Notes: generated by a model not told the origin, from the letters alone. Counted from the stretch's first letter, positions 9,447 through 19,611 are shown. The stretch is DNA of 64,000 nt from Bacillales bacterium (GCA_947459205.1 CANHCR010000001.1:143421-207420); one strand, 5' to 3'. Translations and numbers: made by a program.

Positions 9447-11288
9447 ATGTTAAACAGAGAAAAAATTAGAAACATTGCAATTATTGCGCACGTTGACCAC
9501 GGCAAAACGACGTTGGTCGACAAATTACTGCAACAGTCCGGCATTTTCCGCGACAACGAGGCGCTGCATGACCGGATGATGGATTCGAACGATTTGGAAC
9601 GCGAGCGTGGCATCACGATTTTGGCGAAAAACACCGCCATTACTTACAAAGATAATTTGATTAACATTGTCGATACACCAGGGCATGCCGACTTTGGCGG
9701 CGAAGTGGAGCGCATCATGAAAATGGTTGACGGCGTGTTGCTCGTTGTCGATGCTTTCGAAGGTTGCATGCCGCAGACGAAGTTTGTGCTTCGCAAGGCG
9801 TTGGAGCAAAATTTGACGCCGATCGTCGTGTTGAACAAAATTGACCGTCCGAATGCGCGTCCGGTCGAAGTGATTGATGAAGTGTTGGAATTGTTTATCG
9901 AACTTGAGGCGAACGATGAGCAGCTGGAGTTTCCCGTCGTCTATGCGTCGGCGCTGAATGGTGTATCTGGTTTGGATGCTGATCAATTGAATGAAAATAT
10001 GTCGGTGCTTTTTGACACGATTATCGAGCACATTCCGCATCCGACCGAAGATGTCGAGCAACCGTTGCAATTCCTTGTGACGTTGCTTGATTTCAACGAA
10101 TATTTGGGACGGATTGCGATTGGTCGCGTGAACCGCGGGCGCATTCGCCAAGGACAACCTGTGGCGGTCATCAACCGTGAAGGTCAGACGAAGCAAGCGC
10201 GCATCGAGAAGTTGTTCGGCTTCCAGGGATTGAAACGCGTCGAAATTGAGGAAGCGGCGGCGGGCGACATTGTCGCGATTGCTGGAATTAGGGAAATTAA
10301 CATCGGCGAGACGATTGCCGATGCGAGCAAACCGGAAGCATTGCCGGTATTGAAAATTGATGAACCGACATTGCAGATGACGTTTTTGGTGAATAACAGT
10401 CCGTTTGCTGGTCGCGAAGGCAAGTGGGTGACGTCTCGCAAGTTGCGTGATCGTCTCTATAAGGAACTCGAGACAGACGTAAGTCTGCGCGTGGAAGATA
10501 CAGAAAGTCCCGATGCATTCGTAGTATCTGGTCGTGGTGAGTTGCATCTTGGTATTTTGATCGAAAATATGCGTCGTGAAGGCTACGAATTGCAAGTATC
10601 GAAGCCGGAAGTCATCATTAAAGTGATCGACGGCATCAAAATGGAACCGATGGAGCGACTCGTCATCGACGTCCCTGAAGAAAGCATGGGGGCTGTCATG
10701 GAAAGTCTGGGTACTCGCAAGGCCGAAATGGTGAATATGATAAACAACGGCAACGGTCAAGTGCGTCTTGAGTTTATTATTCCTGCGCGCGGCTTAATTG
10801 GCTACCGTACCTATTTCCTGACGTTGACACGCGGTTATGGCATCATGAACCATGGTTTTGATTCGTATGCACCAGTCGTTGGCGGACAAGTCGGCGGCCG
10901 TCATGAGGGCGTGTTGATTGCCAGTGAATCCGGTGTATCGACGTTGTATGGTATTTTGTCGATTGAAGATCGTGGCATGTTGTTTGTCGAGCCAGGAACT
11001 GAGATTTATGAAGGGATGATCGTCGGTGAGCATAACCGCGACAACGACATCATCGTCAACGTATGTAAAGAGAAGCAACTGACTAACGTACGCTCGGCAA
11101 CGAAAGAAGATACGGTCAAAATGAAAACGCCGCGTCTCTTTAGTCTGGAGCAGGCTTTGGAGTATTTGAACGATGACGAATATTGTGAAATTACGCCGAA
11201 AACGGTGCGTTTGCGCAAAAAAGTGTTGAATAAGAGTGAACGCGACCGCTATGAGAAGCAACGAAAAATGGCAGAAATCAACGCATAA
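9447..11288 (+). CDS. typA: Translational GTPase TypA/BipA
   Basis: G-motifs [14 protein letters not shown] and NKID are present, with full-length BipA-like architecture. An AAGGAG RBS lies 7 nt upstream of ATG 9447. The track ORF starts at an upstream in-frame ATG (9426). Confidence 0.95.
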   Translation: MLNREKIRNIAIIAHVDHGKTTLVDKLLQQSGIFRDNEALHDRMMDSNDLERERGITILAKNTAITYKDNLINIVDTPGHADFGGEVERIMKMVDGVLLVVDAFEGCMPQTKFVLRKALEQNLTPIVVLNKIDRPNARPVEVIDEVLELFIELEANDEQLEFPVVYASALNGVSGLDADQLNENMSVLFDTIIEHIPHPTEDVEQPLQFLVTLLDFNEYLGRIAIGRVNRGRIRQGQPVAVINREGQTKQARIEKLFGFQGLKRVEIEEAAAGDIVAIAGIREINIGETIADASKPEALPVLKIDEPTLQMTFLVNNSPFAGREGKWVTSRKLRDRLYKELETDVSLRVEDTESPDAFVVSGRGELHLGILIENMRREGYELQVSKPEVIIKVIDGIKMEPMERLVIDVPEESMGAVMESLGTRKAEMVNMINNGNGQVRLEFIIPARGLIGYRTYFLTLTRGYGIMNHGFDSYAPVVGGQVGGRHEGVLIASESGVSTLYGILSIEDRGMLFVEPGTEIYEGMIVGEHNRDNDIIVNVCKEKQLTNVRSATKEDTVKMKTPRLFSLEQALEYLNDDEYCEITPKTVRLRKKVLNKSERDRYEKQRKMAEINA

Positions 11289-11309
11289 CTTCTTTCGGAG
11301 GGATTCAGC

Positions 11310-11972
11310 ATGAACCTGCGACGGGTAAAAATAGTGATAACTTTGCTTCTGATTTTTGGGGCATTTTTCGGTAGTCATATCGTGATGGCTGGCGAATCTG
11401 CGAAACCACAAAAACCGCGCGATGTGATCGCTGCACCGGCGAACAAAGCGCTTGAATTGTCATGGTCAGCGCCATCAGGCCAGTCGCCCGCTGCTTATCA
11501 TGTGTACGTTGACGGTGATTTTTATAAAAAAGTGAAAGCAACCGAAATAACGATTAAAAATTTGGAAAATGGCACTGAGTATGCAATTGCTGTGACCGCG
11601 CTTGATGCTGCTGGTCAAGAGTCTGATAAAGTAACGGTATCTGAATCCCCAGCGAATGTGTTGCCAATGCTGATTGTGATTTTTCTATGCATTGCATATA
11701 TATACAACAAGGTGTTTCGCGTCGAACAATTGACGATTCGTCAATCGGTCAGCAAACACGTTCGTGCGCTGCGCAATCGGCAGTTTAAAGTGACTGGCAG
11801 ATCGTTGCTTATTTACGGTCTTATTTTGGTCGGATCGTATATGCTGTTGTTTTTCCAACTGATGGGCTTGCCGATCATTATCTCGCTTGCTGTTGCCATC
11901 GGGTTGATGCTAATCGTACGCATTCGCTACTGGATTCAAGGCAGACAAAACGGTACGGGTGAATCGCAATGA
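11310..11972 (+). CDS. Membrane protein with a signal/anchor, one extracytoplasmic FN3 domain and C-terminal TM helices
   Basis: A GGAGGG RBS is present. The FN3 pattern is P..P..V.A....ALELSW.AP...AAYHVYVDG...TEITIKNLENGTEYAIAVTALDAAGQES. Hydrophobic segments follow (LPMLIVIFLCIAYIY, LLIYGLILVGSYMLLFF...). Confidence 0.7.
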   Translation: MNLRRVKIVITLLLIFGAFFGSHIVMAGESAKPQKPRDVIAAPANKALELSWSAPSGQSPAAYHVYVDGDFYKKVKATEITIKNLENGTEYAIAVTALDAAGQESDKVTVSESPANVLPMLIVIFLCIAYIYNKVFRVEQLTIRQSVSKHVRALRNRQFKVTGRSLLIYGLILVGSYMLLFFQLMGLPIIISLAVAIGLMLIVRIRYWIQGRQNGTGESQ

Positions 11973-12403
11973 GTGTGTATTGGCTTTCACCGCTGATTTC
12001 GCGTGATCCGTATGTCATTGGTGGTCAACGGCAACTGTGCAGTGGTGAAAGTTTCGATTCGTTTCGTGCGAAAGTCCAACAACAAAGCAGTCCACGCCAT
12101 TTGATGATGTTCAAAAGCGCTTTGTTGCTTAGTGATGACGACGATGCGTGCGGCTCTGATGGTGAGTCTGGTGTTGATTTTCACCATTCAGGGGACATTC
12201 TGTTTGCGCCTGAGCAACTGCCGATTTCGCATTGTGCTGAAGCATTTTTTGATCGCTTGCCCAATCCGCGTGAGTGGCGAGAGGCGTTGCAGATGATAGA
12301 GAAATCAGACGTTCAGTGGAATGAGCAAGAGCGTGGATGGCTGAAAGCGATGAAACAGTGGACAGCGAACGAGTATACGATTGTATTGATCAGGGAGGAT
12401 TGA
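11969..12403 (+). CDS. Hypothetical protein (144 aa)
   Basis: Its start overlaps the upstream stop (ATGA coupling). I recognise no family. Confidence 0.55.
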   Translation: MSVYWLSPLISRDPYVIGGQRQLCSGESFDSFRAKVQQQSSPRHLMMFKSALLLSDDDDACGSDGESGVDFHHSGDILFAPEQLPISHCAEAFFDRLPNPREWREALQMIEKSDVQWNEQERGWLKAMKQWTANEYTIVLIRED

Positions 12404-12406
12404 CCG

Positions 12407-12679
12407 ATGAACTTGCAAACGGCGCTTTTTAACTGGTTGCAAATTAAAACCGTAGCAGACGCTCGCCCGACAGATGAGGCGGCCAAAAAAACGGTTGATT
12501 TCTTTGCCGAAATTTTGCGTGATGATCATAAACTGACTCACTTTGAAGTGACAACTTCAGATGCGACCATGTATCATGTGTCATATGAGCTGAGTGGCGT
12601 GAAAAAGAAGCAGATGTTCGATCGTGAAACGGTCGAACAATTGCTGCACGATATCAACGCCGAGCCGAAATATAATTAA
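12407..12679 (+). CDS. Hypothetical small protein (90 aa)
   Basis: A GGAGGA RBS is present, and the start lies 3 nt after the previous stop. I recognise no family. Confidence 0.55.
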   Translation: MNLQTALFNWLQIKTVADARPTDEAAKKTVDFFAEILRDDHKLTHFEVTTSDATMYHVSYELSGVKKKQMFDRETVEQLLHDINAEPKYN

Positions 12680-12712
12680 TTTGACATTAATATGAAATGA
12701 GAGAGTATAGAG

Positions 12713-13702
12713 ATGACCTATAAGTTTTGGCAATCCAAACGATTCTGGCATTGGTTCCGAATCGTATCGCTCGCGCTCATCCTAATCGTAGCTGGATTCG
12801 CGGGGTATTTATACTTCAAGTTTGACAATATGATCGGTAATTTCGGCACGGATGTGGACGTTCCCGAAGGAGAATCAGCGAGCGTCAAACCAAAAACGAT
12901 TCTGTTTCTTGGCAGCGACTACCGTGAAGCGCACAGAAGCTACAATACCGATGTGATCATCGTTGCTACCATCAACCCAGACCAGGATCGAGCGACGCTT
13001 GTCTCGATTCCGCGTGATACATACATGAAGCCAGAAGGATTTAGCGGAGGAAAGGCGAATTCTTACTATGCGCGAATTATTAGCGATCGCAAAACAGGAT
13101 ATGAACCAGAACTGAAGAAAGTGTACTCAGATTATTTAGGTGTTCCGATTGACTACGCATTCGTCTTTAATTTTAATGCGTTCTCGCAGGCGATTGATGA
13201 GTTAGGCGGCATTGATGTGAATGTCGACATGGATATGCGATATGTCGACAATGCAGATGGTACGAACATTGATTTGCAAGCTGGTCCACAAACGTTGAAC
13301 GGTAAACAAGCACTTGATTATGTTCGCTATCGTCAGTCAAATCGTGGTACAGGTGCTTCGAGCGACATTGAGCGCAATGTCAGACAAGAGGAAGTCATTG
13401 CCGCCACATTAGATCAAATTAAATCGTTTGGCGGTGTACTCAGTTTGGGCGGAGTATTCGATGCGCTTGGGGATAATATCGTTTCGGACATTCCGTCGAG
13501 TGAAATTAAAGTGATGATGCGCAAATATGCAAGTTTGAATCGCTCGAACATCAAGTTTATTCATCTCGATGGAAAGTGGCAGTCGCCGTACATTTATGTG
13601 AATGACGAAGATGTCAAAAAAGCAGGTGCAGAACTCAACATGCTGTTGAAACCGTCGGTAACAGATGCAAAGGTGTCCGGGACGGTTTCCTCTGCTCAGT
13701 GA
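12713..13702 (+). CDS. LytR-CpsA-Psr (LCP) family cell-wall glycopolymer transferase
   Basis: There is an N-terminal TM anchor. LCP core motifs are present: LFLGSDYRE...NTDVIIVATINPD....LVSIPRDTY and ...NGKQALDYVRYR. Confidence 0.85.
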   Translation: MTYKFWQSKRFWHWFRIVSLALILIVAGFAGYLYFKFDNMIGNFGTDVDVPEGESASVKPKTILFLGSDYREAHRSYNTDVIIVATINPDQDRATLVSIPRDTYMKPEGFSGGKANSYYARIISDRKTGYEPELKKVYSDYLGVPIDYAFVFNFNAFSQAIDELGGIDVNVDMDMRYVDNADGTNIDLQAGPQTLNGKQALDYVRYRQSNRGTGASSDIERNVRQEEVIAATLDQIKSFGGVLSLGGVFDALGDNIVSDIPSSEIKVMMRKYASLNRSNIKFIHLDGKWQSPYIYVNDEDVKKAGAELNMLLKPSVTDAKVSGTVSSAQ

Positions 13703-13766
13703 ATGAGTAAACTGCGATTCGTAAATACTGAATCATGGCAAGTCCATTTTCAAAGGAGGATGGCTC

Positions 13767-14219
13767 ATGAATGAACCGATGACAGAATTGAATGAAGTGC
13801 TGTTTCAGACTTTGCAAGGCCAAAACATGGTGCTGTTAGGTACGATTGATGCGGAAACTGGCGCGCCTGTGCAACATGCGATCTCATGGCTCTACGCCCA
13901 TTCCGCTGGTCAGTTGCGCTTCGCAGTAGACAGCCGTTCGCGGATGATTGCCAACATGACCAAATCTTCACAAGTTTCGATTGTTGTATTCGCGGGACAG
14001 TCGCTCTATCTGATCCAAGGGACTGCAACTGTACATGAGCAATTGCTTGCTGATGTACCATTGAAATTGAGTTGTGTCGACGTGGACATTCATGCCGTGC
14101 GTGACATTATGTACTACGGTTCACGGATTACTGCACCACCAGTTTGCGAAAAAACATATGATGAGCGCGCGGCCGCCAAATTAGACGGTCAAGTGTTTGA
14201 TGCCATGAAAAAAGCCTAG
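13767..14219 (+). CDS. Pyridoxamine 5'-phosphate oxidase-like (FMN-binding split-barrel) family protein
   Basis: An AAGGAGGA RBS lies 6 nt upstream. Size and sequence pattern (...MVLLGTID.ETG.P....ISW...) fit the PNPOx-like/general stress protein 26 fold. The assignment is tentative. Confidence 0.55.
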   Translation: MNEPMTELNEVLFQTLQGQNMVLLGTIDAETGAPVQHAISWLYAHSAGQLRFAVDSRSRMIANMTKSSQVSIVVFAGQSLYLIQGTATVHEQLLADVPLKLSCVDVDIHAVRDIMYYGSRITAPPVCEKTYDERAAAKLDGQVFDAMKKA

Positions 14220-14238
14220 CCGCGGCCAGGCTTTTTTC
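14208..14238. terminator. Bidirectional terminator between convergent genes
   Basis: AAAAA-AGCCTaGCC-gcg-GGCcAGGCT-TTTTTT. The hairpin at 14213-14232 is flanked by an A-run and a T-run. Confidence 0.7.
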
Positions 14239-14247
14239 TGTCCAATA

Positions 14248-14799
14248 CTATTTCGCTTGATACGGAAGTTTCTTGGGAATGGGTTGCGGTGCGACTTGGT
14301 TCGACATTTGCGGTGCGATGCGACCGATAATCTCACCTAATTCGTTGGTGAAGCTCGCTAATGGCTGACCATTCACGATGCCGTTGCGGACGTTCATGAT
14401 GCGCTGTCCCATATCGGCATCCGACGTGACGATGGCGCGCGCACCGTACGGTTCCTTGCGCAAGGCGCGGGCAACCGCATACTTTATCGAATCTGCTTTT
14501 GCTCGGTCCGTTTGTTTCGCGAGATCGATGCCGACAATTGCTGTTTTGCCGATTAAGATTGCGTTTGCCTGTTTCACTTCAGGGATGCTTTTTGCAACCT
14601 TTTCGAGTTGGTTTGTGATTTGTCGCAAATTACTCATTCGTTGCTGCGGCGCAAGCGGGCGAACACTCTGTTGTACGTTTTGCTTCATGTTTGTTCCGAT
14701 TTCATTGGCTTTGTTTTGGTTGTCATCGGTGTTCATACAAGCGCTGAGCATCAAGGCTGCACCGATGGCGCAAGTGAACGTCAATACCCATCTTTTCAT
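14248..14799 (-). CDS. ylaJ: YlaJ/YhcN-family sporulation lipoprotein
   Basis: The lipobox signal peptide is MKRWVLTFTCAIGAALMLSAC. Position next to ylaK matches B. subtilis. An AAGGGTG RBS lies 6 nt upstream of ATG 14799. The track ORF starts at an upstream GTG (14808). Confidence 0.75.
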   Translation of the reverse strand: MKRWVLTFTCAIGAALMLSACMNTDDNQNKANEIGTNMKQNVQQSVRPLAPQQRMSNLRQITNQLEKVAKSIPEVKQANAILIGKTAIVGIDLAKQTDRAKADSIKYAVARALRKEPYGARAIVTSDADMGQRIMNVRNGIVNGQPLASFTNELGEIIGRIAPQMSNQVAPQPIPKKLPYQAK

Positions 14800-14915
14800 G
14801 CAAGTCACCCTTTCGGCAGTTTTGAATTTCAGCGATTATTATGTCCGTGTTCAATCGTTCTAAACCATTAACGTACTGGAAAACCTTTAAACCAAGTTAA
14901 GGGAGTGTGGCGAAA

Positions 14916-16247
14916 ATGAAAAAAATTTATGTGCTAGACACCAATGTACTCTTGCAAGATCCGAATGCAGTGTTTGCTTTTGAAGATAATGAAGTCGTGA
15001 TTCCGGCAGTAGTGTTGGAGGAAATCGATTCGAAGAAGCGACTTGCAGATGAATTGGGTAGAAACGCGCGCTTCACCTCGCGTTTGCTTGATGGATTGCG
15101 CTTAAAGGGTCGCTTGAATGAAGGGGTAAAACTGGAAACGGGCGGACTGTTGCGCGTCGAACTCAATCATCGCAACACCAGTTGGATGCAAGAAATGTTC
15201 GGCGAAATTTCGAACGACAATCGCATTTTGAGCGTTGCCTTGAATTTGCAAGCGGATGAAAAAGCGAAAAAACGACCGCGTCCAGTCGTTGTCGTAAGTA
15301 AAGATACACTTGTTCGCTTAAAAGCCGACGTTGTCGGTTTGATTGCGCAAGATTATTTGAATGACCGTGTCGTCTCGCGCTCGGAGATGTATAATGGTTG
15401 CGTGTCGCACATGGTGCATCCGTCTGTAATTGATGATTTTTACAGCAACCGTCACATCGAGGTGCAGCAACTGGGCGAAGAGGGACAGTTTTTTCCTCAT
15501 GAATTCGTCATTCTCAAAGATGAGATGGGCAGTTCGAAATCAGCGTTGCTCAAAACATCCGCAGATGGCAAACAACTTGACCCGCTATTTTTAGGTAACG
15601 ATCCCGTATGGGGAATTTCCCCGCGTAATGCCCAACAACGGATGGCATTTGAACTGTTGCTGAATGATGACATTCCGCTTGTGACGATTACCGGCAAGGC
15701 TGGAACGGGCAAAACGTTGCTTGCGCTCGCCGCCTCACTCCTTAAGGTGGAGGACGAACAAAAGTATAAAAAATTGTTGATTGCTCGTCCCGTCATCCCG
15801 ATGGGTAAAGATATCGGTTATTTGCCTGGGGAAAAGGACGAAAAGTTGCGCCCGTGGATGCAACCGATTTATGACAACCTGGAGTTTTTGTTTGACGTCA
15901 AAAAATCCGGCGACATTGATAAAATCCTCGCCGGACTGGGAAGTATTCAAGTAGAGGCGCTGACCTATATTCGTGGCCGCTCGATTCCGAGTCAATTCAT
16001 CATCATCGACGAAGCGCAAAACTTATCGAAGCATGAAGTGAAAACGATCATCTCGCGTGTTGGGGAAGGCAGCAAAATCGTGCTCGTCGGCGACCCTGAT
16101 CAAATCGATCATCCGTATCTCGACGCGTCTAGCAACGGATTGACGTATGTGGTTGAACGATTCAAACAGGAAGCGATCAGCGGTCACATCACCCTCGAAA
16201 AAGGTGAACGTTCACAGTTGGCTCAACTGGCTGCTGATTTGCTTTAG
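14916..16247 (+). CDS. ylaK: PIN-domain + PhoH-like ATPase (YlaK family)
   Basis: The N-terminal PIN region begins YVLDTNVLL. The Walker A motif is GKAGTGKT and the PhoH core is IIIDEAQN...VLVGDPDQID. The start is either ATG 14916 (10 nt after GGGAG) or GTG 14907. Confidence 0.9.
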   Translation: MKKIYVLDTNVLLQDPNAVFAFEDNEVVIPAVVLEEIDSKKRLADELGRNARFTSRLLDGLRLKGRLNEGVKLETGGLLRVELNHRNTSWMQEMFGEISNDNRILSVALNLQADEKAKKRPRPVVVVSKDTLVRLKADVVGLIAQDYLNDRVVSRSEMYNGCVSHMVHPSVIDDFYSNRHIEVQQLGEEGQFFPHEFVILKDEMGSSKSALLKTSADGKQLDPLFLGNDPVWGISPRNAQQRMAFELLLNDDIPLVTITGKAGTGKTLLALAASLLKVEDEQKYKKLLIARPVIPMGKDIGYLPGEKDEKLRPWMQPIYDNLEFLFDVKKSGDIDKILAGLGSIQVEALTYIRGRSIPSQFIIIDEAQNLSKHEVKTIISRVGEGSKIVLVGDPDQIDHPYLDASSNGLTYVVERFKQEAISGHITLEKGERSQLAQLAADLL

Positions 16248-16261
16248 TACGAGCGGATTGC

Positions 16262-17326
16262 TTAAAACGAAAATTTCAATTTAATGGTCAATTTGCCGTC
16301 TTCCATTTCGACAGCGGTCGCTTCAATCAAGTCCGTTAACGTTTTCGGATAGATGCTCAAGTCATACAAATTGGCCAAATATGCGATTGTCGTGTCAGGC
16401 AGCGCATAATTTTGATAGCGAAGTTCGGTCATTTCGAAGCGAATCGTGTTGACTGGTTTGCGCAGCACTTTATAGTTGCCGGTAATATTGATGCGAATGC
16501 CTGCATCTTCACCAGTTACAACGATTTGCTTGCGCTCAAATCGCACATTCGTGTTGCGAAACATTGGATCGCGCATCCGCAAAAATTCATTTAGTTGATC
16601 ATCGTAGATGAATAGTTTCGTTCCCTTATATTGCTGCTTTTCGACGATATACTTCGGCAACCCGGAGATCGATTTGGCCATCGTCGCAAAATATTGATGA
16701 AATTTCGGCAGACCGAGTGTCTGCCATTCTTTTGCAAATGCTTTGAGTTCTTGCATCGTGCGTTCGCCATCTGGCATCGTCGCTAGTTGACGGGTTAACT
16801 CGGCCTGCGCACGTTCGACACGTTCTCGTTGCTGCAGTCGAGTTGCTCGTTCATTCGCCAATTGCGCCAACTCGCCGGCCAGTTTCCGCTCGAGCGCCAG
16901 CGACTTTTCATATTCGTCGAGAAACCCTTGAATGCGCCGCATATCATTGAGAAATATCACGTTCAAAAGATCATAAGCAATCAAAGCATCACTTAGTGAG
17001 TCGGCGGACAGTAAAATCGACAGCCATTGAGCGGGTTCTTGCATGTAATAATTGCGCAAAGCAACGCCTGCGCGCTCACGTTGGACGTCTAATGTCGCAT
17101 CTTGGCGCTTGATCGATGCTCTTACCTTTGCGATTTTCGTCAACCGCTTCGTTTCTTTGGCTGTCAGTCGCTCGACTTCACGGTCGATTTCATACATTTG
17201 CAAATACGTTTGTAACAGCGAATCTTTCTGCTCATCTGCTTTCGCCGTTTGCTCGGGTGCAAGCAACATAAACAGCATCAACACGCTGATGATCCATATC
17301 GTAATCTGCTGCAACCGTTGCGGCAT
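16262..17326 (-). CDS. Secreted coiled-coil protein with an uncharacterised C-terminal domain
   Basis: The signal/anchor is IWIISVLMLFMLLAPEQTAKA. About 170 aa are heptad-rich and charged, followed by a ~150-aa beta-rich C-terminus. A GGAGG RBS lies 7 nt upstream of ATG 17326. Confidence 0.65.
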   Translation of the reverse strand: MPQRLQQITIWIISVLMLFMLLAPEQTAKADEQKDSLLQTYLQMYEIDREVERLTAKETKRLTKIAKVRASIKRQDATLDVQRERAGVALRNYYMQEPAQWLSILLSADSLSDALIAYDLLNVIFLNDMRRIQGFLDEYEKSLALERKLAGELAQLANERATRLQQRERVERAQAELTRQLATMPDGERTMQELKAFAKEWQTLGLPKFHQYFATMAKSISGLPKYIVEKQQYKGTKLFIYDDQLNEFLRMRDPMFRNTNVRFERKQIVVTGEDAGIRINITGNYKVLRKPVNTIRFEMTELRYQNYALPDTTIAYLANLYDLSIYPKTLTDLIEATAVEMEDGKLTIKLKFSF

Positions 17327-17347
17327 CACGTAACCTCCGATGAAAGG

Positions 17348-18049
17348 ATGTTTTTATTGAGACATTTGCAATCTCACGATCGCATCATGTTACTTTGCTT
17401 CGTCACACTGATGGGACTCATGTTCGCGGCCCCGCTTTGGTCCGACTGGGTTGGTATCACTGAAAGCAAGCAACTGATTGCCGTACTCGTCGGTTTTTAT
17501 GCTGTGATGACTGTCGCCGCGCTCGCTTGGCTGTTCATCGATAAAAAACGATTCGATGATTCTGCCGACCAAGGGCCAAGTTTTAGTCAAAAACGGGCCT
17601 CCATCGGCAAAACAATCGCCTACATTGTTGGCGGCTTTATCGTGGCGTTGGCGATACAAGTGATCGGACTGCAGTTGACGATGTTTTTGACCGGCGCCGA
17701 TACCGAAGCAGTATCCAACGCCGATGAAGTGAAGAGTGCCATAGAAAGCAGCAAACTATTCATCTTTGCCGTCATTATCGCCGCACCGATCATCGAAGAA
17801 GTCGTGTTTCGTGGTATTTTGTTTAAACGTTGGGCGGATGCAGGGCGCTATTGGCCGGCTTTAACCATCAGTTCGGCACTGTTTGCATTCGCGCATTTGC
17901 AAGGCTATGCATTTTTCGTGTTTCTCCTGCTCGGACTGCTATTCGCTTACTTGTATCGCATCACGAATCGACTGTCTGTGCCAATCACCGTTCATTTTAT
18001 GAACAACGGCATCGCGTTGCTTGGATTGTTGCTGACAAATCAATTATAA
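17348..18049 (+). CDS. CPBP-family intramembrane glutamic endopeptidase (CAAX protease-like)
   Basis: Motifs EEVVFRG, FAFAHL and HFMNN sit in a polytopic membrane protein. The start is uncertain: 17348 or 17387. The track start at 17249 overlaps the divergent upstream gene. Confidence 0.75.
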   Translation: MFLLRHLQSHDRIMLLCFVTLMGLMFAAPLWSDWVGITESKQLIAVLVGFYAVMTVAALAWLFIDKKRFDDSADQGPSFSQKRASIGKTIAYIVGGFIVALAIQVIGLQLTMFLTGADTEAVSNADEVKSAIESSKLFIFAVIIAAPIIEEVVFRGILFKRWADAGRYWPALTISSALFAFAHLQGYAFFVFLLLGLLFAYLYRITNRLSVPITVHFMNNGIALLGLLLTNQL

Positions 18050-18073
18050 CCTATCGTCAAAGGAGTACAACCA

Positions 18074-19186
18074 TTGTCGCTGCGTCATGAAATTTCACGA
18101 AAAATTGCAGAACGGACCGAGCGGGCCATCCCGTTTTTTGAATATATGCAAATGTGCCTCTATCATGAGACGTACGGTTACTATCGTTCGAATCGTGTGA
18201 AAATCGGCAAAGACGGGGACTTTTATACCAGTTCGGCGCTAGGTGGATTGCTCGCGGAAACGGTCGTTCAATATTTGCTCGAGCAGGCATCCGGCGGACA
18301 GGTCATTACGCTTGACCGTCAACTTCAATTCGTTGAATGGGGTGGCGGTACGGGTCAATTCGCGGCGCAGTTTCTTGCCTCAATGCAAACTTGCAATCCG
18401 TCAGTCTACGAGCAGATGAACTACGTGATGATTGAGGAGAGTGAGTTTCATCGCAATGTTCAGCAGGAGGCACTGAATGCGCATGCGGGGCGCGTTGTGT
18501 GGCAAACGGGCGCGGATTGGTTGACGGAACCGGCAAGCTACAACACATTTGTGTTCTCTAACGAGTTGCTCGATGCATTTGCTGTGCATCGTGTCGTCAT
18601 TCGTGAACATCAACTTCATGAAATTTGGGTAGCTGAAGAGAATGGCTTGCTTACGGAGACGTACATTCCGTTGTCTGCAGACAGCGAACTTGCCACCTAT
18701 GCGGCACGATACTATCCGAACTTGTTGGAAGGGCAAATCGCCGAAATCAATTTGCAGGCGGTAGACTGGCTGGGGCGTGTGTGGGAGCGGCTTGCTTCAG
18801 GCCTTGTCTTCACCGTGGATTATGGCGACGTCGCTGCGGAATTGGCGTCGGCGCACCGCATGAACGGCACATTGCTGTGCTACTATCGCCATACGGCGGC
18901 GGACAATCCATATGAGCGACCCGGCGAGCAGGACATGACCGCACATGTCAACTTCAGCGCTTTGCTCGATGCGGGCGAGGTGGCGCGTGTGAGTAGCCAA
19001 ACATTGCAAACCCAACTGCAGTTTTTAACAGACAACGGATTGTTACAAAAATTACAAGAGACACTCCACATTCGCGACCCGTTTCATCCGACTGTGAAGC
19101 GCAATCGCATGATTCGCCAGTTGCTGCTGAGCGACGGGATGAGTGAACTGTTCAAAGTGTTGATTCAGATAAAAACGGAAAAATAA
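18074..19186 (+). CDS. Class I SAM-dependent methyltransferase, DUF185/MidA (NDUFAF7-like) family
   Basis: A TTG start lies 8 nt after AAAGGAG. The N-terminal pattern is F.EYM..CLYH..YGYY.....IG..GDFYTS..L. A GGGTG SAM-binding loop is present (VEWGGGTGQFA). Confidence 0.7.
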   Translation: MSLRHEISRKIAERTERAIPFFEYMQMCLYHETYGYYRSNRVKIGKDGDFYTSSALGGLLAETVVQYLLEQASGGQVITLDRQLQFVEWGGGTGQFAAQFLASMQTCNPSVYEQMNYVMIEESEFHRNVQQEALNAHAGRVVWQTGADWLTEPASYNTFVFSNELLDAFAVHRVVIREHQLHEIWVAEENGLLTETYIPLSADSELATYAARYYPNLLEGQIAEINLQAVDWLGRVWERLASGLVFTVDYGDVAAELASAHRMNGTLLCYYRHTAADNPYERPGEQDMTAHVNFSALLDAGEVARVSSQTLQTQLQFLTDNGLLQKLQETLHIRDPFHPTVKRNRMIRQLLLSDGMSELFKVLIQIKTEK

Positions 19187-19190
19187 ATAC

Positions 19191-19222
19191 AAAAAAAACC
19201 ATCGCAAGATGGTTTTTTGTTT
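19191..19222. terminator. Bidirectional rho-independent terminator
   Basis: AAAAAAAACCATC-gcaa-GATGGTTTTTTGTTT lies between convergent genes. Confidence 0.85.
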
Positions 19223-19244
19223 GCATCTAAAAAGTTGAGCGGGA

Positions 19245-19493
19245 TTACAGTTCCAGTTTGAAAAATGACCAGTATGTGAATCCGATAAATGAGATCACCA
19301 TGTAACCCCAAAAGAGTAAGATGTAAGTGCGCTCAGACAATTTCATATAACCGAGTGTCAGGAACACTGCCGTTTGAAAGAAACAAATCATCGCCATCGG
19401 CTTGAGTTCGCCGCCTTTCGCTAGCGCAAGCAAACCGAAGATCAGTGTCCAAAAAGAGAGTACGCGAAACATACGACCCATGTAATAATTCAC
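19245..19493 (-). CDS. Small integral membrane protein (82 aa, 3 predicted TM segments)
   Basis: The ORF is hydrophobic throughout and lies just downstream of the shared terminator. I am not confident of any family. Confidence 0.6.
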   Translation of the reverse strand: MNYYMGRMFRVLSFWTLIFGLLALAKGGELKPMAMICFFQTAVFLTLGYMKLSERTYILLFWGYMVISFIGFTYWSFFKLEL

Positions 19494-19611
19494 CCCTTTG
19501 TCAACATTATATATTGTACACGCTTCGATGTAAATGTCAAAGCGTGAATTCGAATGTATATCTACTTAGCAAACTGGAAATCATGAGTTTATCATTATGA
19601 TTCTATGTTAG

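Noticed and set aside
9525-10760. A 411-aa ORF antisense to typA.
   Set aside because: It lies entirely within, and opposite to, a highly conserved GTPase gene. Its composition is Arg/His/Phe-rich and low in complexity, which is typical of shadow frames.
17249-17347. A 33-codon N-terminal extension of the CPBP protease ORF (MLGCKQHKQHQH...).
   Set aside because: It overlaps the 5' end of the divergent coiled-coil gene and is hydrophilic and His/Gln-rich. Internal starts at 17348 or 17387 fit the membrane topology better.
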